A stretch of DNA of 64,000 nt from the human T2T-CHM13v2.0 reference genome, Homo sapiens: the NCBI RefSeq assembly GCF_009914755.1, contig NC_060944.1; one strand, 5' to 3'. This document shows positions 61,401-64,000 of this stretch, piece after piece (the stretch's first letter is position 1; the number at the start of each line of letters is the position of its first letter). The position numbers and the translations under genes are program-made. The notes under the pieces are model-generated. The model had not been told where the DNA came from, searched no databases, and saw nothing but the letters and a program-made list of their open reading frames with translations.

Positions 61401-64000
61401 AAAAGGAAATATCTTCACATAAAAACTAGACAGAAGCATTCTCTGAAACTTCTTGGTTATGTGTGTACTCAACTCACAGAGTTGAACTTATCTTCTCATA
61501 GATCAGATTTGAAACCCTCTTTTTGTAGAGTCTGCAAGTGCATATTTGGATAGCTTTGAGGATTTCATTGGAAACGGGAATATCTTCCCATAAAAACTGG
61601 AAAGAAGCATTCTCAGAAACTTCTTTGTGATGCTTGCATTCAACTCACTGAGTTGAACATTCCCTTTCATACAGCAGTTCTCAAACACTCTTTTTGTAGT
61701 ATCTGGAAGTGGACCTTTGGAGCGCTTTGAGGCCTAGGGTGAAAAAGGAAATATCCTCACCTAAAAACTAGACAGAAGCATTCTCAGAAACTTCTTTGTG
61801 ATGTGTGTAGTCAACTCACAGAGTTGAACCTTTCTTTTGATACAGCACTTTTGAAACACTCTTTTTGTAGAATCTGCAAGTGGTTATTTTGATAGCTTTG
61901 AGGCTTTGATTGGAAACGGGAATATCTTCACAGAAAAACTAGACAGAAGCATTCTCAGAAACTTCTTTATGAAGTTTGCATTCAACTCACAGAGTTGAAC
62001 TTTCCGTTCCATACAGCAGTTTTGAAACTCTCTTTTTCTAGAATCTGTAAGTGGAAACTTGGAGCGCTTCGAGGCCTATGGTGGAAAAGGGAATATCTTC
62101 CCATAAAAAGTAGACAGAAGAATTCTCAGTAACTACTTTGTGATGTGTGTACTCAACTCACAGAGTTGAACTTTTCTTTTGAAAGAGAAGTTTTGAAACA
62201 CTCTTTTTGTAGAATCTGCAAATGGGTATTTAGCCTGCTTTGAGGCCTTCATTGGAAACGGGAATATCTTCACATAAAACTAGACAGAAGCATTCTCAGA
62301 AACTTCGTTGTGATGTGTGCATTCAACTCCCAGAGTTGAAGCTCTCTTTTGATAGAGCAGTTCTGAAACAATCTTTTTGTGGTATCTGGAAGTGGACGTT
62401 TGGAGCGATTCGAGGCCTATGGTGAAAAAGGCAATATCTTCACCTAAAAATTAGACAGAAGCATTCTCAGAAACTGCTTTGTGATATGTGTAGTCAACTC
62501 ACAGATTTGAAACGTGGTTTTGATGCAGCAGTTTTGAAACACTCTTTTTGTTAGAATCTTCAAGTGGATATTTGGATAGCTTTGAGGCTTTCATTGGAAA
62601 CGGGAATATCTACACATAAGAACTAGACAGAAGCATTCTCAGAAAGTTTTTTATGAAGTTCGCATTCAACTCACAGAGTTGTACCTTCCTTTTCACACAG
62701 CAGTTTTGAGACATTCTTTTTGTAGAATCTGCATGTGGACATTTGGAGTGATTTGAGACTTAGGGTGAAAAAGGGATATCTTCCCATAAAAAGTTGACAG
62801 AAGCATTCTCAGAAACGACTTTCTGATTTGTGTACTCAACTCACAGAGTTAAACCTTTCCTTTGATACAGCAGTTTGGAAACACTCTTCTTGTAGAATTT
62901 ACAAGCGGATATAAGGACTGCAGTGATTAATTCATCGGAAACGGAATATCTTCACATAAAAGTAGACAGAGGCATTCTCAGAAAGTTCTTTGTAATGTGT
63001 GCATTCAACTCACAGAGTTGAAACTTTCTTTTGATAGAGCAGATTGGAAGCCCTCTTTTTGTAGAATTTGCAAGTGGATATCTGGACAGCTTTGAGGCCT
63101 TCCCTGGAAACGAGTGTATCTTCACATAAACACTAGACAGAAGCATCCTCAGAAACTTGTTGGTGATGCTTGCATTCAACTCACAGAAGTGAACATTTCT
63201 TTTCCTAGAGCAGTTTTGAAACACTCTTTTTGTAGTATCTGGTAGTGGACAGTTGGAGCACTTTGAGGCCTAGGGTGAAAAAGGAAATATCTTCACATAA
63301 AAACTAGACAGAAGCATTCTCTGAAACTTCTTGGTTATGTGTGTACTCAACTCACAGAGTTGAACTTATCTTCTCATAGATCAGATTTGAAACCCTCTTT
63401 TTGTAGAGTCTGCAAGTGCATATTTGGATAGCTTTGAGGATTTCATTGGAAACGGGAATATCTTCCCATAAAAACTAGAAAGAAGCATTCTCAGAAACTT
63501 TTTGTGATGCTTGCATTCAACTCACTGAGTTGAACATTCCCTTTCATACAGCAGTTCTCAAACACTCTTTTTGTAGTATCTGGAAGTGGACCTTTGGAGC
63601 GCTTTGAGGTCTAGGGTGAAAAAGGAAATATCCTCACCTAAAAACTAGACAGAAGCATTCTCAGAAACTTCTTTGTGATGTGTGTAGTCAACTCACAGAG
63701 TTGAACCTTTCTTTTGATACAGCACTTTTGAAACACTCTTTTTGTAGAATCTGCAAGTGGTTATTTTGATAGCTTTGAGGCTTTGATTGGAAACGGGAAT
63801 ATCTTCACATAAAAACTAGACAGAAGCATTCTCAGAAACTTCTTTATGAAGTTTGCATTCAACTCACAGAATTGAACTTTCCGTTCCATACAGCAGTTTT
63901 GAAACTCTCTTTTTCTAGAATCTGTAAGTGGAAACTTGGAGCGCTTCGAGGCCTATGGTGGAAAAGGGAATATCTTCCCATAAAAAGTAGACAGAAGAAT
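28500..64000 (+). repeat. Right HOR haplotype domain (homogeneous, only full-length 11-mers)
   Basis: Near-fixed alleles are GTTGAAGCTCTC, TCACAGATTTG, GAGACTTAGGG, AAAAGGGATATC, AAAGTTGACAG, GTTTGGAAAC, GAGGAATTCATCGG, GGACAGTTGG, CTTGGTTATGTG, GAACTTATCTTC, CTCACTGAG and GGTGGAAAAGGG. Spacing is always 1877-1878. Confidence 0.9.

Larger units (their letters stand above)
1..64000 (+). repeat. Alpha-satellite (alphoid) tandem array, ~171-bp monomers, primate centromeric/pericentromeric
   Basis: The alphoid landmarks CATTCTCAGAAACTTCTTTGTGATG, TTCAACTCACAGAGTTGAAC, GCAGTTTTGAAACACTCTTTTTGTAGAATCTGCAAGTGG and AAAACTAGACAGAAG recur every ~171 bp from first to last base, in the same orientation with no interruption. 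Confidence 0.99.

Noticed and set aside
615-63224. Recurrent 61-98 aa ORFs (MRPSLETG..., MIQQFGNT..., MFQNCSRK..., MF.NCCMKG...)
   Set aside because: They are chance translations of alpha satellite repeating at the HOR period. Most start at TTG/GTG, several overlap on opposite strands, and they are freely broken by stops and frameshifts in sister units.
19820-63505. Isolated 1-bp deletions (~19822, ~27410, ~34308, ~44040, ~63500)
   Set aside because: They are singletons that could be ordinary mutation or consensus error, and show no pattern beyond explaining the 1876-1877-bp units.
1-64000. CRISPR-like or prokaryotic repeat system
   Set aside because: There are no unique spacers and no cas or other genes; the whole monomer is repeated and matches primate alpha satellite.
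1-64000. L1/Alu/ERV insertion or inversion within the array
   Set aside because: The 171-bp register and orientation are unbroken. All spacing changes are accounted for by +341, -684 and 1-bp deletions.

Overview
The whole 64 kb window is one uninterrupted, single-orientation array of primate alpha-satellite DNA: about 375 monomers of ~171 bp, organised as an 11-monomer, 1878-bp higher-order repeat (HOR). There are 34 complete units plus partial ends. I see no genes, transposons or unique sequence, and all ORFs in the track are artefacts of the repeat. The interest lies in the array architecture. (1) Every B-type monomer I read carries a broken CENP-B box (TTCATTGGAAACGGGA instead of TTCGTTGGAAACGGGA), yet the array looks recently homogenised. 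(2) The 11-mer has a hidden 4+4+3 internal structure, and it accounts for the two structural variants: a 13-mer at 7666-9884 and a 7-mer at 21152-22345. (3) A sharp haplotype boundary near 28.3-28.5 kb separates a heterogeneous left domain from a homogeneous right domain. (4) Shared private variants reveal nested 1-, 2-, 3-, 5- and 7-HOR block duplications and probable conversion tracts. Species and chromosome cannot be assigned by eye; a hominid (human or great ape) centromeric or pericentromeric origin is likely. All variant comparisons were made by eye, not by alignment.
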